Assembly: GCA_965214705.1 (NCBI GenBank)
Contig: CBDCCI010000001.1
Location: forward strand, 64,001-128,000
Length of the DNA: 64,000 nt
DNA from: Alphaproteobacteria bacterium
GTDB lineage: Bacteria; Pseudomonadota; Alphaproteobacteria; UBA828
Reading direction: 5' to 3'
Shown piece by piece: positions 20,483 to 31,314 of the stretch (position 1 is its first letter; every line of letters starts with the position of its first letter). Below the pieces are notes generated by a model that made no database searches, was not told the DNA's origin, and was given only the letters and a program-made list of their open reading frames with translations. The translations under genes were made by a program, and so were the position numbers.

Positions 20483-20953
20483 CTAGATGATCTGCCAGCT
20501 GCCGTCGGGCTGGCGGCAGGCGGTGCCGTAGGCTTCCTCCGTGCGGTTGCCGATCGTCACGGTCTGGGTGAACTCGCGACAGTAGGTCCCGTCGCTCTGC
20601 TGGTACGTCTGGGTCGGCGTGAACGTGCCCATGTTGCCGCTGTCCGGGTTGTGCCACGTGCTCGTCGTGCCTACAGGGGCCGTCTCCAACGTCTGTTGCG
20701 CTGAATGCTCCATCGCCAGCTGATCGGCGCGGTCGAGCGACTCGCCGATCTCGCTGCCGATCATGGCACCGAGGAGCGCACCGACGCCGGTGGCGACCAG
20801 CTTGCCGTGGCCATCGCCGACCTGCGAACCGGCGACTCCGCCCGCCACCGCGCCGAGCAGCGTGCCGAGGCTCTGCTTCTGGCCGGTGGTTTCGGTGCAG
20901 GCGGCGAGCGCCAGCGCCGCCAGACCGAGCATCGCGAACTTGAACCTGTGCAT
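20483..20953 (-). CDS. 17-kDa surface antigen-like lipoprotein (RT0821/Lpp0805; glycine zipper)
   Basis: LAAC lipobox, glycine zipper, [24 protein letters not shown]. Confidence 0.9.
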   Translation of the reverse strand: MHRFKFAMLGLAALALAACTETTGQKQSLGTLLGAVAGGVAGSQVGDGHGKLVATGVGALLGAMIGSEIGESLDRADQLAMEHSAQQTLETAPVGTTSTWHNPDSGNMGTFTPTQTYQQSDGTYCREFTQTVTIGNRTEEAYGTACRQPDGSWQII

Positions 20954-21127
20954 GGATCGTCTCCTCACGTCCCTACCGCCGAAGCTGGGTGCGCAACGGC
21001 CGGAGCGCCGACTCCAGCCAAACGCTCGAGCCCATGCAGCATGATCTGTGCATGAGCGCCGGTCTTGTCAAATCTTTGTGTCCGGAATGTGGCGAAGCCG
21101 GCCCTCGCACCGAGCCTCTCGACGCCC

Positions 21128-21967
21128 TCAGGCCTCGGATTTCGCCTTGGGCACCGTCAGGTTGGCCGTGTGCTCAGGCCCGGGGAAGCGCCGGCCGCGC
21201 ACGTCGGCGGCATAGTCCCGCACGGCACCGGCAAGCCCGTCACCGAGTTCTGCGTAGCGCTTGACGAAGCGGGGTGTAAACGCGCCGGCGAGGCCCACGA
21301 TGTCCTCTGTAACGAGTATCTGGCCGTCGCAGGCCGGCGATGCGCCGATTCCGATGGTGGGCACCGCGAGCTCCTGCGTCAGCGTGCGCGAGAGCAGCTC
21401 GACCGTGTTCTCGATCACGACGCCGAAGGCGCCTGCGGCTTCGACCGCCCGCGCATCGGCCAGGATGCGCCGTGCGCTCTCCTCGGTCCTGCCCTGAACC
21501 TGGAAGCCGGCTGCATTCACCGATTGCGGCATCAGCCCGATATGCCCCAGCACCGGCACGCCACGTGCCGTGAGGAAATCGATCGTCTCTGCCATCTCCT
21601 CCCCGCCTTCGAGCTTGACCGCCGCGCAGCCGGTCTCCGCCATTATGCGCGAGGCCGTACCGAAGGCCTGGGCAGGCGATTGCTCGTAGGAGCCGAAGGG
21701 CAGGTCCACGACGATACAGGCCCGTCGGGTGGCGCGGACTACCGCACGGCCGTGGGCGATCATCATCTGGACCGTGACGCCGACCGTGGAATCCATCCCG
21801 TAGAGCACCATGCCGAGCGAATCGCCCACGAGGATGAAATCGCAGGCTTCGTCGACTATGCGAGCGACGGGCGCCGTGTAGGCGGTGAGGCTCACGATCG
21901 GCTCGCCCCCCTTGGCGCGGGCGATATCGCGGACGGTGAGCCGCCGGACTGGGCGTTGGTTGGCCAT
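21128..21967 (-). CDS. panB: 3-methyl-2-oxobutanoate hydroxymethyltransferase
   Basis: [34 protein letters not shown]...CDGQILV. Confidence 0.97.
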   Translation of the reverse strand: MANQRPVRRLTVRDIARAKGGEPIVSLTAYTAPVARIVDEACDFILVGDSLGMVLYGMDSTVGVTVQMMIAHGRAVVRATRRACIVVDLPFGSYEQSPAQAFGTASRIMAETGCAAVKLEGGEEMAETIDFLTARGVPVLGHIGLMPQSVNAAGFQVQGRTEESARRILADARAVEAAGAFGVVIENTVELLSRTLTQELAVPTIGIGASPACDGQILVTEDIVGLAGAFTPRFVKRYAELGDGLAGAVRDYAADVRGRRFPGPEHTANLTVPKAKSEA

Positions 21968-22023
21968 GTCGCTGCCTCCTTGGTGAGGCCCTGCGGGCGA
22001 CCTACGGCCGCCCTGGCGCGTTA

Positions 22024-22093
22024 TGCTGCGCCGCAACAACAACCGATTGTAACAAACTCAACGCTAAAGTGAACATCTTGCTGCAACGCAGCA
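22024..22093. promoter_or_regulatory. Two PhaR-like boxes upstream of panB
   Basis: TGCGGCGCAGCA (minus, 22024-22035) and TGCAACGCAGCA (plus, 22082-22093) both fit TGCRNYGCASMA, the rhizobial PhaR motif as I recall it. Confidence 0.55.
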
Positions 22094-22109
22094 TAATCCT
22101 GCCTGGGTC

Positions 22110-22427
22110 TCAATTGATGGCGCGAACGGTACGGTAGCGGCCGTTCTCGAAACCGCCGAAGAGCTGGGCCAGCAGCCGGTGCTGGATGGGGCCGCCCTCC
22201 CGGTCAGGCTCCAGATGGCGCTCGGCGACATAGGTGGTGTGCGCCGCATCGTGAACCAGCACGTGATACCAAGGCTTTTCCTTGGGCGGGCGCGAGCGCG
22301 CGACCTGCTCGTACCATTCCTCGGTACCCTGGAAGCACGGATCGACGTCGAAGACCACGCCGCGATAGCCGAATTTCAGGTGGTGGACGACCTGGCCGAC
22401 CTCGAACTTCGCGGCGCTGACCGTCAT
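22110..22427 (-). CDS. hspQ: Heat shock protein HspQ (YccV-like)
   Basis: KFEVGQVVHH..FGYRGVVFDVDP.F, PWYHVLV, TYVAE. Confidence 0.92.
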   Translation of the reverse strand: MTVSAAKFEVGQVVHHLKFGYRGVVFDVDPCFQGTEEWYEQVARSRPPKEKPWYHVLVHDAAHTTYVAERHLEPDREGGPIQHRLLAQLFGGFENGRYRTVRAIN

Positions 22428-22681
22428 GGCTGGTCTCCTCCGCCTGCAGCTCCCGCCCGTAGCGCGCTGCCCGACTCCGCCGGGGCGCAACTATAGTGCG
22501 TGCCGGCCGCTGCGGACAATCGACCCCGCGCCCGACGAGAGCGTTTCCATTTCATACGGAAACGCTCTCGCGATTTGTCGCTCACGGCAGCCGGCCTACG
22601 GCCGGAGCCTCCGCGAGGGCGCCGCTGACGCGGCGGGCCGCGGTCGCGGCCTGTCGCGTATCCGTCAAAGACGGACACGCT

Positions 22682-23094
22682 CTAATGCGCACTCGCTCGC
22701 ACCGTCGCGCCGGGAAGGCGGTCCCGATCGTGAGGGCGCGTGAAGTCGAGCACAGGCCCCTTGGGAACGATGCGGGAGGGATTCACACTGACGTGGCTCC
22801 CGTAATAGTGGCCCTTGATGTGCGCCATGTTCACCGTGTCCGCGACCCCTGGATACTGGTAAAGCTCCCGCAGGTAGTTGCTCAGATTGGGATAGTCCTC
22901 GATCCGGCGCTTGTTGCACTTGAAGTGCCCGACATAGACGGCGTCGAAGCGCACCAGGGTGGGGAAGAGCCGCCAGTCGGCCTCGGTGATGCTCGCGCCA
23001 GCCAGATAGCGATGCGCGCCCAGTCTCTCTTCCAGGTCGTCCAGGGTCGCGAAGAGTGCGTCGAAAGCGTCCTCGTAAGCCGCCTGCGACCGGG
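22682..23094 (-). pseudogene. yqjG: Glutathionyl-hydroquinone reductase (omega-class GST), C-terminal half
   Basis: RSQAAYEDAF, TEADWRLFPTLVRFDAVY.GHFKCN, HIKGHYYGSH..VNP. Confidence 0.92.
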
Positions 23095-23101
23095 AAAGGT
23101 T

Positions 23102-23143
23102 AAGGGTTGGGCAGGCTCTCTCTCGAGAGCCTGCCCAACCCTT
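23102..23143. repeat. Perfect 19-bp-stem hairpin at the downstream end of the element
   Basis: AAGGGTTGGGCAGGCTCTC-TCTC-GAGAGCCTGCCCAACCCTT. Confidence 0.95.
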
Positions 23144-23405
23144 TTGAACGAAGCCGCGGGCCACGAGAGGCGAAGTTGAGCTATGTGGAAAGTGCGCTGA
23201 TGTCAGCGTCAGGCGGCATCCACCGGCAGCAGAGTTGCGCATAAAATCGACGCTCGCGCCGGTCTTTCGGCAGGCATGCGGGCGCACGCTGCGAGGACTG
23301 AGCGGGGTGTGAGCCGAGGGCTGTCAGCCCGGCTCAAGCGGAGACAGGTTCGGTCGTGCGTCGGCGCTTTGGCGCCGTTGCGCGGGGCCGAAGCGAGCGG
23401 GCGTC

Positions 23406-24647
23406 TCACGGTTTCCCCCTGTGGGTCGGCGGCAGCGCCGGCGGGCCGCGCGTCGAGCGGGGCTCATGGCGGCGGCGGATTTCGCGGACGAGGCGCATGA
23501 CGCCGCCGCAGTGGGGGCAGGCCACGGGCGCGGTGCCGATCTCGGGCTCTTCGTCGGGCTCGGCCCGAGCGCCGTCCACGCTTCCCTCGGGGGCGGCGCA
23601 GCCGAGGGCGCCGAGAGCCTGGCGTGCTCTCTCCAGCGTGCTGGCGCGGCAGCCGTTGGCGAGGATGCCGAAGTAGCGAATGCGGTGCATGCCGTCCGGC
23701 AGGACGTGCCTCAGGAAGCGGCGGATGAACTCGTCGGCGCTCACGGTGGCGATGCCGTAGCGCGGCTTTCTCTGCCCCGGCGCCTTGGGCTTTCGGTGGC
23801 GGAAGGAGACCGTCTCGCCGTCGAAGGAGACGATGCGGCTGTCGGAGATGGCGATCCTGTGCGTGTAGTGCGAGAGGTACCGGAAGACCTGCTCAGGCCC
23901 GCGGAAGGGCCGCTTGGCGTAGACCACCCAGTCCCTGGCCCGGGCGGCGGCAAGCGTGGCGTGGAACTCGCCGGGATTGGCGAGGTGGGCGAGGGTGCCG
24001 TGGAACTCCAGGTCCCCCCGGCCGTGGGCGCGGGCGAGCTCCTCGAGGAAGAGGCGGCGGAACAGGCTGCCGAGGACCTTGACGGGGGCGAGGAAGGTGG
24101 TGCTCCCCGTCTTCCACTCGCCACTGTCTACGTCGAAGCCCGCGTTGGGCACGACCACGTGCAGGTGCGGGTGGAAGCGGAGCTTCTGATCCCAGGTATG
24201 GAGGACCGCGGTGCCGCCGATGCGCATGCCGCCGTGGCGGGGATCGGCGGCGATGGTGCGCAGGGTCTCGGCGACGGCCCGGAAGAGGATGTCGAACACC
24301 ACCCTGCGGTTGCAGAAGGCAATGGCGGCAACCTCCTTGGGCAGGGTGAAGACCACATGGAAGTAGGGCACCGGCAGGATGTCCCCGGCGCGCTCCTCGC
24401 TCCAGAGGTTGGCGGCGAGACCCTGGCAGGTGGGGCAGTGGCGGTTGCGGCAGGAGTTGAAGAGCGGATGCTCGCGCCCGCAGCCCTCGCAGGCGTACAT
24501 GTGGCCGCCGAGCACGGCGGTGCGGCACGCCTCGATGGCGCCCATGACCTTGAGCCGGGCGGCGTCGATGCGCCCTTTGTGGCGCTCACGGAAAGCGGCG
24601 CCGGCGCGGCGGAAGATCTCCGCCACGCCCGCGCGTTCGGCCTCCAC
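23406..24647 (-). CDS. IS91-family rolling-circle transposase
   Basis: Zn domain CRT..LGG...SCRNRHCPTCQ, YFHVVFTLP, LHTW...HPHLH (HUH), YLSHYTHR (Y2), C-terminal CPHC. Confidence 0.95.
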   Translation of the reverse strand: MEAERAGVAEIFRRAGAAFRERHKGRIDAARLKVMGAIEACRTAVLGGHMYACEGCGREHPLFNSCRNRHCPTCQGLAANLWSEERAGDILPVPYFHVVFTLPKEVAAIAFCNRRVVFDILFRAVAETLRTIAADPRHGGMRIGGTAVLHTWDQKLRFHPHLHVVVPNAGFDVDSGEWKTGSTTFLAPVKVLGSLFRRLFLEELARAHGRGDLEFHGTLAHLANPGEFHATLAAARARDWVVYAKRPFRGPEQVFRYLSHYTHRIAISDSRIVSFDGETVSFRHRKPKAPGQRKPRYGIATVSADEFIRRFLRHVLPDGMHRIRYFGILANGCRASTLERARQALGALGCAAPEGSVDGARAEPDEEPEIGTAPVACPHCGGVMRLVREIRRRHEPRSTRGPPALPPTHRGKP

Positions 24648-24653
24648 GCGCCG

Positions 24654-25532
24654 TCAGTTGCGCAACGCTGCGAAGCCTGAGATCGGGTGGTCGAGGCCCT
24701 CGAACATCTTGCCGGTGACGCGGGCGTAGTGACGGGTCGTGTTCGCGCTTCGATGGCCGAGCATGTCCCGGATCACCTCGATATCGCCGCCGCGCTCGAG
24801 GAGATGGGTCGCCGCCGAATGGCGCAGGCAATGGAAGGTGTAGCTGCGGTCGAGCTCGGCAATGTCGCGCGCCCTCCTGAAGGCGGCCTGCAAGGTCTCC
24901 GTTGCGATGGGCCTGTCGAGCGAGACGCCGTAGAAGAGCCAGCTCGTCGGACGCGGCCAGATGTTCCTGTAGTAGACGCGCAAGTAGTGGATGACGATGT
25001 CCGGCAACGGTGCCATTCTCTCGGTGCCGCCTTTGCCGGAGGGGATGTGCAGCAGCTTCTTCTCCGACAGGATGTCGCCGACCTTGATGGCCAAGGTCTC
25101 GGAGATGCGGAGCCCGCCGCCATAGCCGGTGACAATGGCAGCACGGTGGCGGAGGTCGGGTGTCGCAAGGATGAGGTGCTCGACCTCCTGCTCCGACATG
25201 TAGCGCGGCAGCTTGCCGGGCTTCTTGCGGGAGCGCAGGCCGGCGACATGGTCAGGCCAGCCGAGTGTGTCGATGTAGAGGAAGTTCAGCGCGGCGAAGG
25301 AGACGTTGGTCGTGCCCGGACTGAGCCCCTTGTCGATCCGCCCCAGGTACCACTGGCGCACCTGCTCGGCGTCGAGCTCGTCCGGCGAGGCGTCGTAGTA
25401 CCTGGCCAGGTTCTTGATCTCGCAGATGTAGGCCTTGGACGTGCTCGCGGCCAGATTGGCGATGCGGAGCTGCTCCTCCATGCGCTGGCGAAGAGGGGTG
25501 ACGGTGTTCGTGTCGCACGCGGTCCCGGTCAT
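24654..25532 (-). CDS. Tyrosine recombinase/integrase associated with the IS91 transposase
   Basis: TPLRQRM N-terminus, YGGGLRISE, GKG, HCLRHSAATHLLE, LGH....T.HY. Confidence 0.93.
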   Translation of the reverse strand: MTGTACDTNTVTPLRQRMEEQLRIANLAASTSKAYICEIKNLARYYDASPDELDAEQVRQWYLGRIDKGLSPGTTNVSFAALNFLYIDTLGWPDHVAGLRSRKKPGKLPRYMSEQEVEHLILATPDLRHRAAIVTGYGGGLRISETLAIKVGDILSEKKLLHIPSGKGGTERMAPLPDIVIHYLRVYYRNIWPRPTSWLFYGVSLDRPIATETLQAAFRRARDIAELDRSYTFHCLRHSAATHLLERGGDIEVIRDMLGHRSANTTRHYARVTGKMFEGLDHPISGFAALRN

Positions 25533-25760
25533 TATCGATCTCCCTGGATCGCGACGGCGCGCCGCCGGACCGATCCGGCGACGGTCCGTCGCAGGGGTCG
25601 ATGCTAACCACTGGTGATCGGGAGGCTGCTGGGGATCCGCCACCCGACGGGCGGAGCGCCACTGACGCAACCGGGAAGCGAACGCACAGAACAAACGGCA
25701 CCCGCGACGCCTCGGAAATGAATGAACTCTACGCCGCTAACTCCGCGTAGCGGCTTCGTT

Positions 25761-26334
25761 CAAAGCCGGTCTTGTAGACGCCATTGTTGACGTGCTCGTA
25801 GATCGGCTCGTTGACCGCATCGATCTCGTCCCTGAGCGCCGCTGGGTACAAGTCCGGCTCGCCGTCGCCCCAGCCATTGAACGCCGTGTTGAGCATCCGA
25901 ATGATTTCGGCGGATTCGTTGTTGACTATGGTTCGCTCCCGCTTGTCCCAGAGCACGGGCACCGAGACCCGCCCCGTGTAGTCGTCCCGCGCCAGCTTGT
26001 AGACCTCCCGCAGAAACCGGGTGCCGTTGACGCTGTCGGGGATGCAGCCGGGGCCCTCGCTGAAGTGCCAACCGTCCTCACCCATGTAGGGGTCCACCAC
26101 CGAGACCGAGATCGCATCTTCGAGCCTGCACAGCGCGCGCACGATCATCGTCCGGTGCGCCCAAGGGCAGGCGTGCGAGACGTAGAGGTGGTAGCGCCCC
26201 GGCTCGGCCTTGAAGCCTGAGGAGCCGTCGGCGGTGACGGCGTTGCGGAAGGAGGTCGTGGCTCGCACGAAGCGCCCATCGGCTTCAGTCCTGTTGTCCT
26301 CCTTGTGCCACTCGCCGTCGATCATCGTGCCCAT
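25761..26334 (-). pseudogene. yqjG: Glutathionyl-hydroquinone reductase (omega-class GST), N-terminal half
   Basis: GRYHLYVSHACPWAHR, VPVLWDK...IVNNES, NNGVYKTGF then element sequence. Confidence 0.92.
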
Positions 26335-26410
26335 AGGTCGGTCTCCGGATACATGTGATTGCTTGAGATGGTGGGGTGGATGGCGCCCGGCCCGCGCGGT
26401 TGCTGCGCGC

Positions 26411-27463
26411 TCAGAGAGCTTCCCGCGAGCGGCTGGCGGGAGAGGCGGCGGGGGCCGGTGGCTCCGGCGCGCACGCTGCCGCCGCGCGCCGCGCGCTACG
26501 GCTCAGCAGGTTCTTGCCCTCGGCCACTTGCCAGGCAAGGAGGCCGGGGACGCCGATCACCAGCTCGCGCACCCGCTTGACCAGCGAAAGTGCCAGCGCC
26601 ACCTCGGGCCCGAGGCCGATCATGCCGCCAAGCAGCACCAGCACACCCTCTTGCACGCCGAGCGCGCCCGGCACGAAGAACGCGGCGGTGCGCGTCGCCA
26701 GGATGAGGCTCTCGATCAGCAACGCATCGGCGATGCTGACCTCGTAGCCCATGAAGTAAAGCGCGGCGTAGACCTCAGCGGCGCCGAGCATCCAGGCTGC
26801 GAGCTGGCCGGCAGCGTTCCCCGCCAGCAGCCAGCGGTGTCGGTAGAGATCCAGGATCGCCTCGTCGAGCGCCTCGGCGCCGCCGACGGCGTTGTCCCAC
26901 GCCTTGCCCCTGGCGAACCGCGCCGCCAAGCGGATGATCCAGCCGAAGAAGCCGCGTTGCTGGACGACGCAGAGCAGGACGACGACCACGAACCCGCCCG
27001 CAACGCAGTAGCCAATGGCGCGCGCGATATCGCTTTCGCCGTGGTGGGCCATCAGCAGGCCAATGCCGACCAGGGTAAAGAACAGCAGGGTGATCGTGCT
27101 GAGGGTGAGGTCAACGACGACGCTGGCACCCGCAATCCGGCCAGGCACGCCGCGCATGACCAAGAGCCGCGAGCGCACCACGGCGCCCCCCACCTGGAAA
27201 GCCGGCACCAGCGTATTGACAGCCTCGCCGATCCAGCGTGCCCAGAGCGCCGTCAGCACCGGCGGCCGATGGCCTTCCAGGAAAAGGAGCCGCCAGACAT
27301 AGCCGTCCAGCATGATCGGCACGAGACGCACCAGGACCACCACGACGATACCCCAGCTCACCGCGGCGACAGTGGCCGCCACGTCCCCGGCGCCCTGGAA
27401 GCACACCAGGCCGATGACCAGCGCAATGCCGACGATGAGTGCGATGTAGCCCCAGCGCCTCAC
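26411..27463 (-). CDS. Lysylphosphatidylglycerol-synthase TM / HpnL-like flippase-domain membrane protein
   Basis: Multiple TM segments; GEAVN.LVP..QVGG, FFVPGALGVQEG, ALSLVKRVRE. Confidence 0.8.
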   Translation of the reverse strand: MRRWGYIALIVGIALVIGLVCFQGAGDVAATVAAVSWGIVVVVLVRLVPIMLDGYVWRLLFLEGHRPPVLTALWARWIGEAVNTLVPAFQVGGAVVRSRLLVMRGVPGRIAGASVVVDLTLSTITLLFFTLVGIGLLMAHHGESDIARAIGYCVAGGFVVVVLLCVVQQRGFFGWIIRLAARFARGKAWDNAVGGAEALDEAILDLYRHRWLLAGNAAGQLAAWMLGAAEVYAALYFMGYEVSIADALLIESLILATRTAAFFVPGALGVQEGVLVLLGGMIGLGPEVALALSLVKRVRELVIGVPGLLAWQVAEGKNLLSRSARRAAAACAPEPPAPAASPASRSREAL

Positions 27464-27618
27464 CGGCGATTCCTTCTTCCACCATGAGCGCGAGAGACCC
27501 CCGGCCGCACCGGGGGACGTTCCATTATACCGGCGCGCCCGCAAATCGGCCCGCCCATAGATCGAAGCGCTCGTGTTGCCCGAATCTTCGCTGCTGCCGC
27601 GTCGGGCCAGCGGCGGCG

Positions 27619-28845
27619 CTACGACGGCCCGAGGAGTTCCGCCGGCGGGCGCCGGAAGGTCATGCGTCCGCGCTTGAAGCCGTAAAGCGGCGGCGCAATC
27701 GCTGCCACCGCGTCTGCCGGATCGGTCGCGTCCAGCACCACGAGGTCGGCTGGGTTGTCGACCGCGATCCCGTAATCGTCAAGGCCGAGGATGCGGGCCG
27801 AGCGCCGCGTGATCATGTCGAAGCAGTCCAACATCTCCGACCGCGCGCCCACGTGGCAGATATTGGCGTAGAGGTTCGCCATGCGCACCAGCGAGCAATC
27901 GCCGAAGGGCGTGAACGGGTTGAGCACGTTGTTGGACGAGAGCGAGCAGTTGACGCCGCGGCCGAGCAGCCGGTGGGCGGGTGTGACCCCGCGCCGCACG
28001 TTGGCCTCGTCGCCCCGCCCCATGAGGAAGAGGTCGGTCGCGGGCAGCACGGTGCAGGCGACGCCCGCGTCGGCCATGCGATCCGCCACTTGCGCCAGGT
28101 GCTCGGGGCTTGCGGCCGAGAGCTTGGTGACGTGGCCGACCGTGACCCGCCCGCCGTAGCCGAAGCGCTCGGTCAGTCGGCAGACCTGGTCGAGGTCGAG
28201 CGCGTCCGCGCTTTCGCCGAAATCGAGGTGCATGTCGATATCGACGTCGAACAGGCGCGCAAGCTCGAATACGCGGTCGATCTGGCCGGCGGGGTCACTG
28301 TCGGTATAAGGCGCAGCACCGACCACGCGGGCGCCCCGTTCCAGCGCCTCGACCATCAGCTCGTCGGTGCCCGGATTGTTAAGCAGCCCTTCCTGCGGGA
28401 AGACGCAAATTTCCAGGTCGATCGCCCAGCGGTAGGCCTCGATCAACGGCAATACGCCGTCGAAGCCGCGCATGCCGATGCCGGGATCGACCTCCAGGTG
28501 GGTGCGCATGTGGGTGGTGCCTTGGGCAATACAGGCATCGAGCACGCGCCTCGCGCGGGCGTTCACGTCGTCGGCCGTGAACTCCCGCTTGACCCGCGCC
28601 ACCTCGTCGATGGCCTCGGCGAGGTCGCCCCGCTCCGCGCGGCAGCGGTCGAGAATGCAGGCCTTGTCGAGATGGATGTGGGTCTCGATAAAGCCAGGCG
28701 CCACTAGGCGGCCACCCACGTCGAGCACCGGCGCGTCGGCCTCGATCGTGGGCGCAATCTCGGCGATGCGCCCGTCTGCGATGCCGATGTCGAACCGGGT
28801 GCCGTCGCCGCCGGCGATCAAGGCACCGCGCAGGATTTGCTCCAT
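27619..28845 (-). CDS. Metal-dependent amidohydrolase, cytosine/creatinine deaminase-like
   Basis: ETHIHLDKA, GTT.MRTH, FPQEG, DMHLD, GHVT, NV.NPFTPFGD; SSNN where CodA-type enzymes usually have an Asp metal ligand. Confidence 0.85.
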   Translation of the reverse strand: MEQILRGALIAGGDGTRFDIGIADGRIAEIAPTIEADAPVLDVGGRLVAPGFIETHIHLDKACILDRCRAERGDLAEAIDEVARVKREFTADDVNARARRVLDACIAQGTTHMRTHLEVDPGIGMRGFDGVLPLIEAYRWAIDLEICVFPQEGLLNNPGTDELMVEALERGARVVGAAPYTDSDPAGQIDRVFELARLFDVDIDMHLDFGESADALDLDQVCRLTERFGYGGRVTVGHVTKLSAASPEHLAQVADRMADAGVACTVLPATDLFLMGRGDEANVRRGVTPAHRLLGRGVNCSLSSNNVLNPFTPFGDCSLVRMANLYANICHVGARSEMLDCFDMITRRSARILGLDDYGIAVDNPADLVVLDATDPADAVAAIAPPLYGFKRGRMTFRRPPAELLGPS

Positions 28846-28887
28846 ATCCCGGCTCCTGCGCGTGCCCCGGCTCCCTCGCGGCGCGCC

Positions 28888-30600
28888 CTAGCGCAGCATG
28901 TAGCGCTGGGCGAGCGGCAGCTCGTCGGCCGGCTCGCAGGTCGCGAGCTCGCCGTCGACGCGCACCTCGAAGGTCTCGGGGTCGACAGTCACCTCCGGGC
29001 AGGCGCCGTTGTGCAGCATGTGGCCCTTGGCGAGCTTACGCGTGCCCTGCACGGGCACGGTGCGGCTCTCCAGCCCGAGGCTGCCGGCAACGTCGGCCTC
29101 CATCGCCGCCTGCGAGACGAAACTCAGGCTCAGCGCCTCCTTGGCCCGGCCGAAAGCGCCCCATTGCGGGCGCATCAGCAGCGGCTCGCAGGTCATCAGC
29201 GATGCGGCGCTGTCGCCCATCGCGGACCACACGATAAAGCCGCCTTTGATCACCAGCTCCGGCTTGATGCCGAAGAAGGCCGGGCGCCAGAGCACCACGT
29301 CGGCGAGCTTGCCCGCCTCCAGCGAGCCGATGTGGCGGTCGATACCGAAGGTGCGGGCCGCATTGATGGTGTACTTCGCGATGTAGCGCTTGATCCGCTC
29401 GTTGTCGCCCTTGGCGGTCTGTTCCGACGCGAGTCGGCCGCGCTGGCGCCGCATCTTGGACGCAAGCTGCCAGGTGCGGCAGATGACCTCGTTGATCCGC
29501 CCCATCCCCTGGCTGTCCGAGCCCAGCATCGAGATCGCGCCGATGTCGTGCAACACGTCCTCGGCGGCGATGGTCTGGGCCCGAATCCTGCTCTCGGCGA
29601 AGGCCACGTCCTCGGGCACCGCCGGGTTCAGGTGGTGGCAGACCATGATCATGTCGAGGTGTTCGTCGAAGGTGTTCCGCGTGTAGGGGTTGGTGGGGTT
29701 GGTCGACGACGGCAGGCAATTGGGCTCGCCGGTGATGCGGATGATGTCGGGCGCGTGCCCGCCGCCGGCGCCCTCGGCGTGGTACATGTGGATGGTGCGG
29801 CCCCTGATCGCGGCCAGCGTCTCCTCGAGAAAGCCGCTCTCGTTGAGCGTGTCGGTGTGGAGCTGGACTTGAAAGTCCATCTCGTCGGCGACGTCGAGGC
29901 AGGTATCGATGGCCGCCGGCATGGCGCCCCAGTCCTCGTGAATCTTGAGCCCCATGCAGCCGCCGGCGATCTGATCGACCAGCGAGAGAGGCTTGGCCGA
30001 ATTGCCGCGCCCGAGGAAGCCGAAATTGATCGGCCAGGACTCGGCCGCCTGCAGCATCTTGCCGACGTTCCAGGCGCCGCCGCAGTCGATACCGACGGTG
30101 ATCGGCCCGAGCGAGCCGCCCAGCATCGTCGTGACGCCGCTCGAGATCGCGTGCTCGCAAAGCTGCGCGCTGTCGAAATGGACGTGGACATCGATGCCGC
30201 CGGGCGTCGCGATCAGCCCTTCCGCATCGCGCACCGTGGTCGCGGCACCGCAGAGCAGCGCGGGGTCCACCCCGTCCATGACCGCCGGGTTGCCGGCCTT
30301 GCCGACACCGGCAATCAGGCCCTCCTTGATGCCGATATCGCCCTTGACGATACCCAGGACTGGATCGATGACGACCGCGTTGGAGACCAGCATGTCGAGC
30401 GAGCCGGCTGCGCTGTCGAGCCCGGCGACGAGGCCGATGCCATCCCGCAGAGTCTTGCCGCCGCCGTGCAGGCACTCCTCGCCTGGCACGCCGTGGTCGT
30501 GCTCGATCTCGGCCAAGAGCTCGCTGTCGCCGAGACGCACGCAGTCGCCGGTCGTGGGCCCGTAGAGCGCCGCGTACTCCGCCCTGCTCATCTGTGCCAT
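28888..30600 (-). CDS. ureC: Urease alpha subunit-like protein (divergent)
   Basis: [50 protein letters not shown]. Confidence 0.92.
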   Translation of the reverse strand: MAQMSRAEYAALYGPTTGDCVRLGDSELLAEIEHDHGVPGEECLHGGGKTLRDGIGLVAGLDSAAGSLDMLVSNAVVIDPVLGIVKGDIGIKEGLIAGVGKAGNPAVMDGVDPALLCGAATTVRDAEGLIATPGGIDVHVHFDSAQLCEHAISSGVTTMLGGSLGPITVGIDCGGAWNVGKMLQAAESWPINFGFLGRGNSAKPLSLVDQIAGGCMGLKIHEDWGAMPAAIDTCLDVADEMDFQVQLHTDTLNESGFLEETLAAIRGRTIHMYHAEGAGGGHAPDIIRITGEPNCLPSSTNPTNPYTRNTFDEHLDMIMVCHHLNPAVPEDVAFAESRIRAQTIAAEDVLHDIGAISMLGSDSQGMGRINEVICRTWQLASKMRRQRGRLASEQTAKGDNERIKRYIAKYTINAARTFGIDRHIGSLEAGKLADVVLWRPAFFGIKPELVIKGGFIVWSAMGDSAASLMTCEPLLMRPQWGAFGRAKEALSLSFVSQAAMEADVAGSLGLESRTVPVQGTRKLAKGHMLHNGACPEVTVDPETFEVRVDGELATCEPADELPLAQRYMLR

Positions 30601-30603
30601 TGC

Positions 30604-31299
30604 TCAAGCCCCCTTGAAGCCGCGGGCGCGGGCACGGGCCAGCGCCTCCTGCTTGACGCTCTCGGAGCGCCGCGAGCCCTGAGTGAGGTCGTTGAGCCCC
30701 ACCATCTCGCCGCTGCCGCCGAATTCGACCAGCGTCACCTCCTTCGTCTCGCCCGGCGCGAAGCGCACCGCCGTGCCGGCCGGGATGTCGAGGCGCATTC
30801 CGAAGGACGCGGCGCGGTCGAAGTCGAGATGCCGGTTCACCTCGAAGAAATGGTAGTGGCTGCCGATCTGCACCGGCCGGTCGCCGGTGTTGGTGACGGC
30901 GACCGTGGCGGTCGGCCGGCCGGCGTTGATCTCGATCTCCCCCTCCGCTGGGATGACCTCGCCCGGCCTAACGCTCTCGTCCCGCGCCTTCTTGCCGGGG
31001 CGGATCGGCTCGTGAACCGTGACCAGCTTGGTGCCGTCCGGGAAGGTGCCCTCCACTTGCAGCACCGGCATCATCTCGGCGACGCCGGGCATGACATCGT
31101 CGGTGGTAAGGATTGTGGCGCCATGCTCGATCAGCTCGGCTACCGAGCGTCCGTCGCGTGCGCCCTCCAGGATCTCGTCGCTGATCAGCGCCACCGCCTC
31201 GGGGTGGTTGAGGGCGAGCCCGCGCGCACGGCGCTTTCGCGCGAGCTCGGCGGCGGTATAGATCGTCAGCCGCTCCATCTCGGTCGGTGTCAACAGCAT
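30604..31299 (-). CDS. ureAB: Fused urease gamma/beta subunit
   Basis: MLLTPTE...LNHPEA...[14 protein letters not shown] then [19 protein letters not shown]...GTAVRF. Confidence 0.93.
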   Translation of the reverse strand: MLLTPTEMERLTIYTAAELARKRRARGLALNHPEAVALISDEILEGARDGRSVAELIEHGATILTTDDVMPGVAEMMPVLQVEGTFPDGTKLVTVHEPIRPGKKARDESVRPGEVIPAEGEIEINAGRPTATVAVTNTGDRPVQIGSHYHFFEVNRHLDFDRAASFGMRLDIPAGTAVRFAPGETKEVTLVEFGGSGEMVGLNDLTQGSRRSESVKQEALARARARGFKGA

Positions 31300-31314
31300 C
31301 GTGGGCCACCCTGG

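Larger units (their letters stand above)
23095..25760 (-). mobile_element. IS91-like element (tyrosine recombinase plus Y2 HUH transposase), about 2666 bp, inserted in yqjG without target duplication
   Basis: Removing 23095-25760 restores GGC TTT GCC CGG TCG (GFARS) and a 329-codon gene. Confidence 0.88.
23143..25764. repeat. 15-bp inverted repeats TTTGAACGAAGCCGC (23143-23157) and GCGGCTTCGTTCAAA (25750-25764)
   Basis: Read directly; the outer 4 nt of the right copy may belong to the target gene. Confidence 0.9.

Noticed and set aside
23095-25765. AAAG on both sides of the IS91-like element as a target duplication
   Set aside because: Collapsing it leaves yqjG frameshifted; only a no-duplication junction restores the frame.
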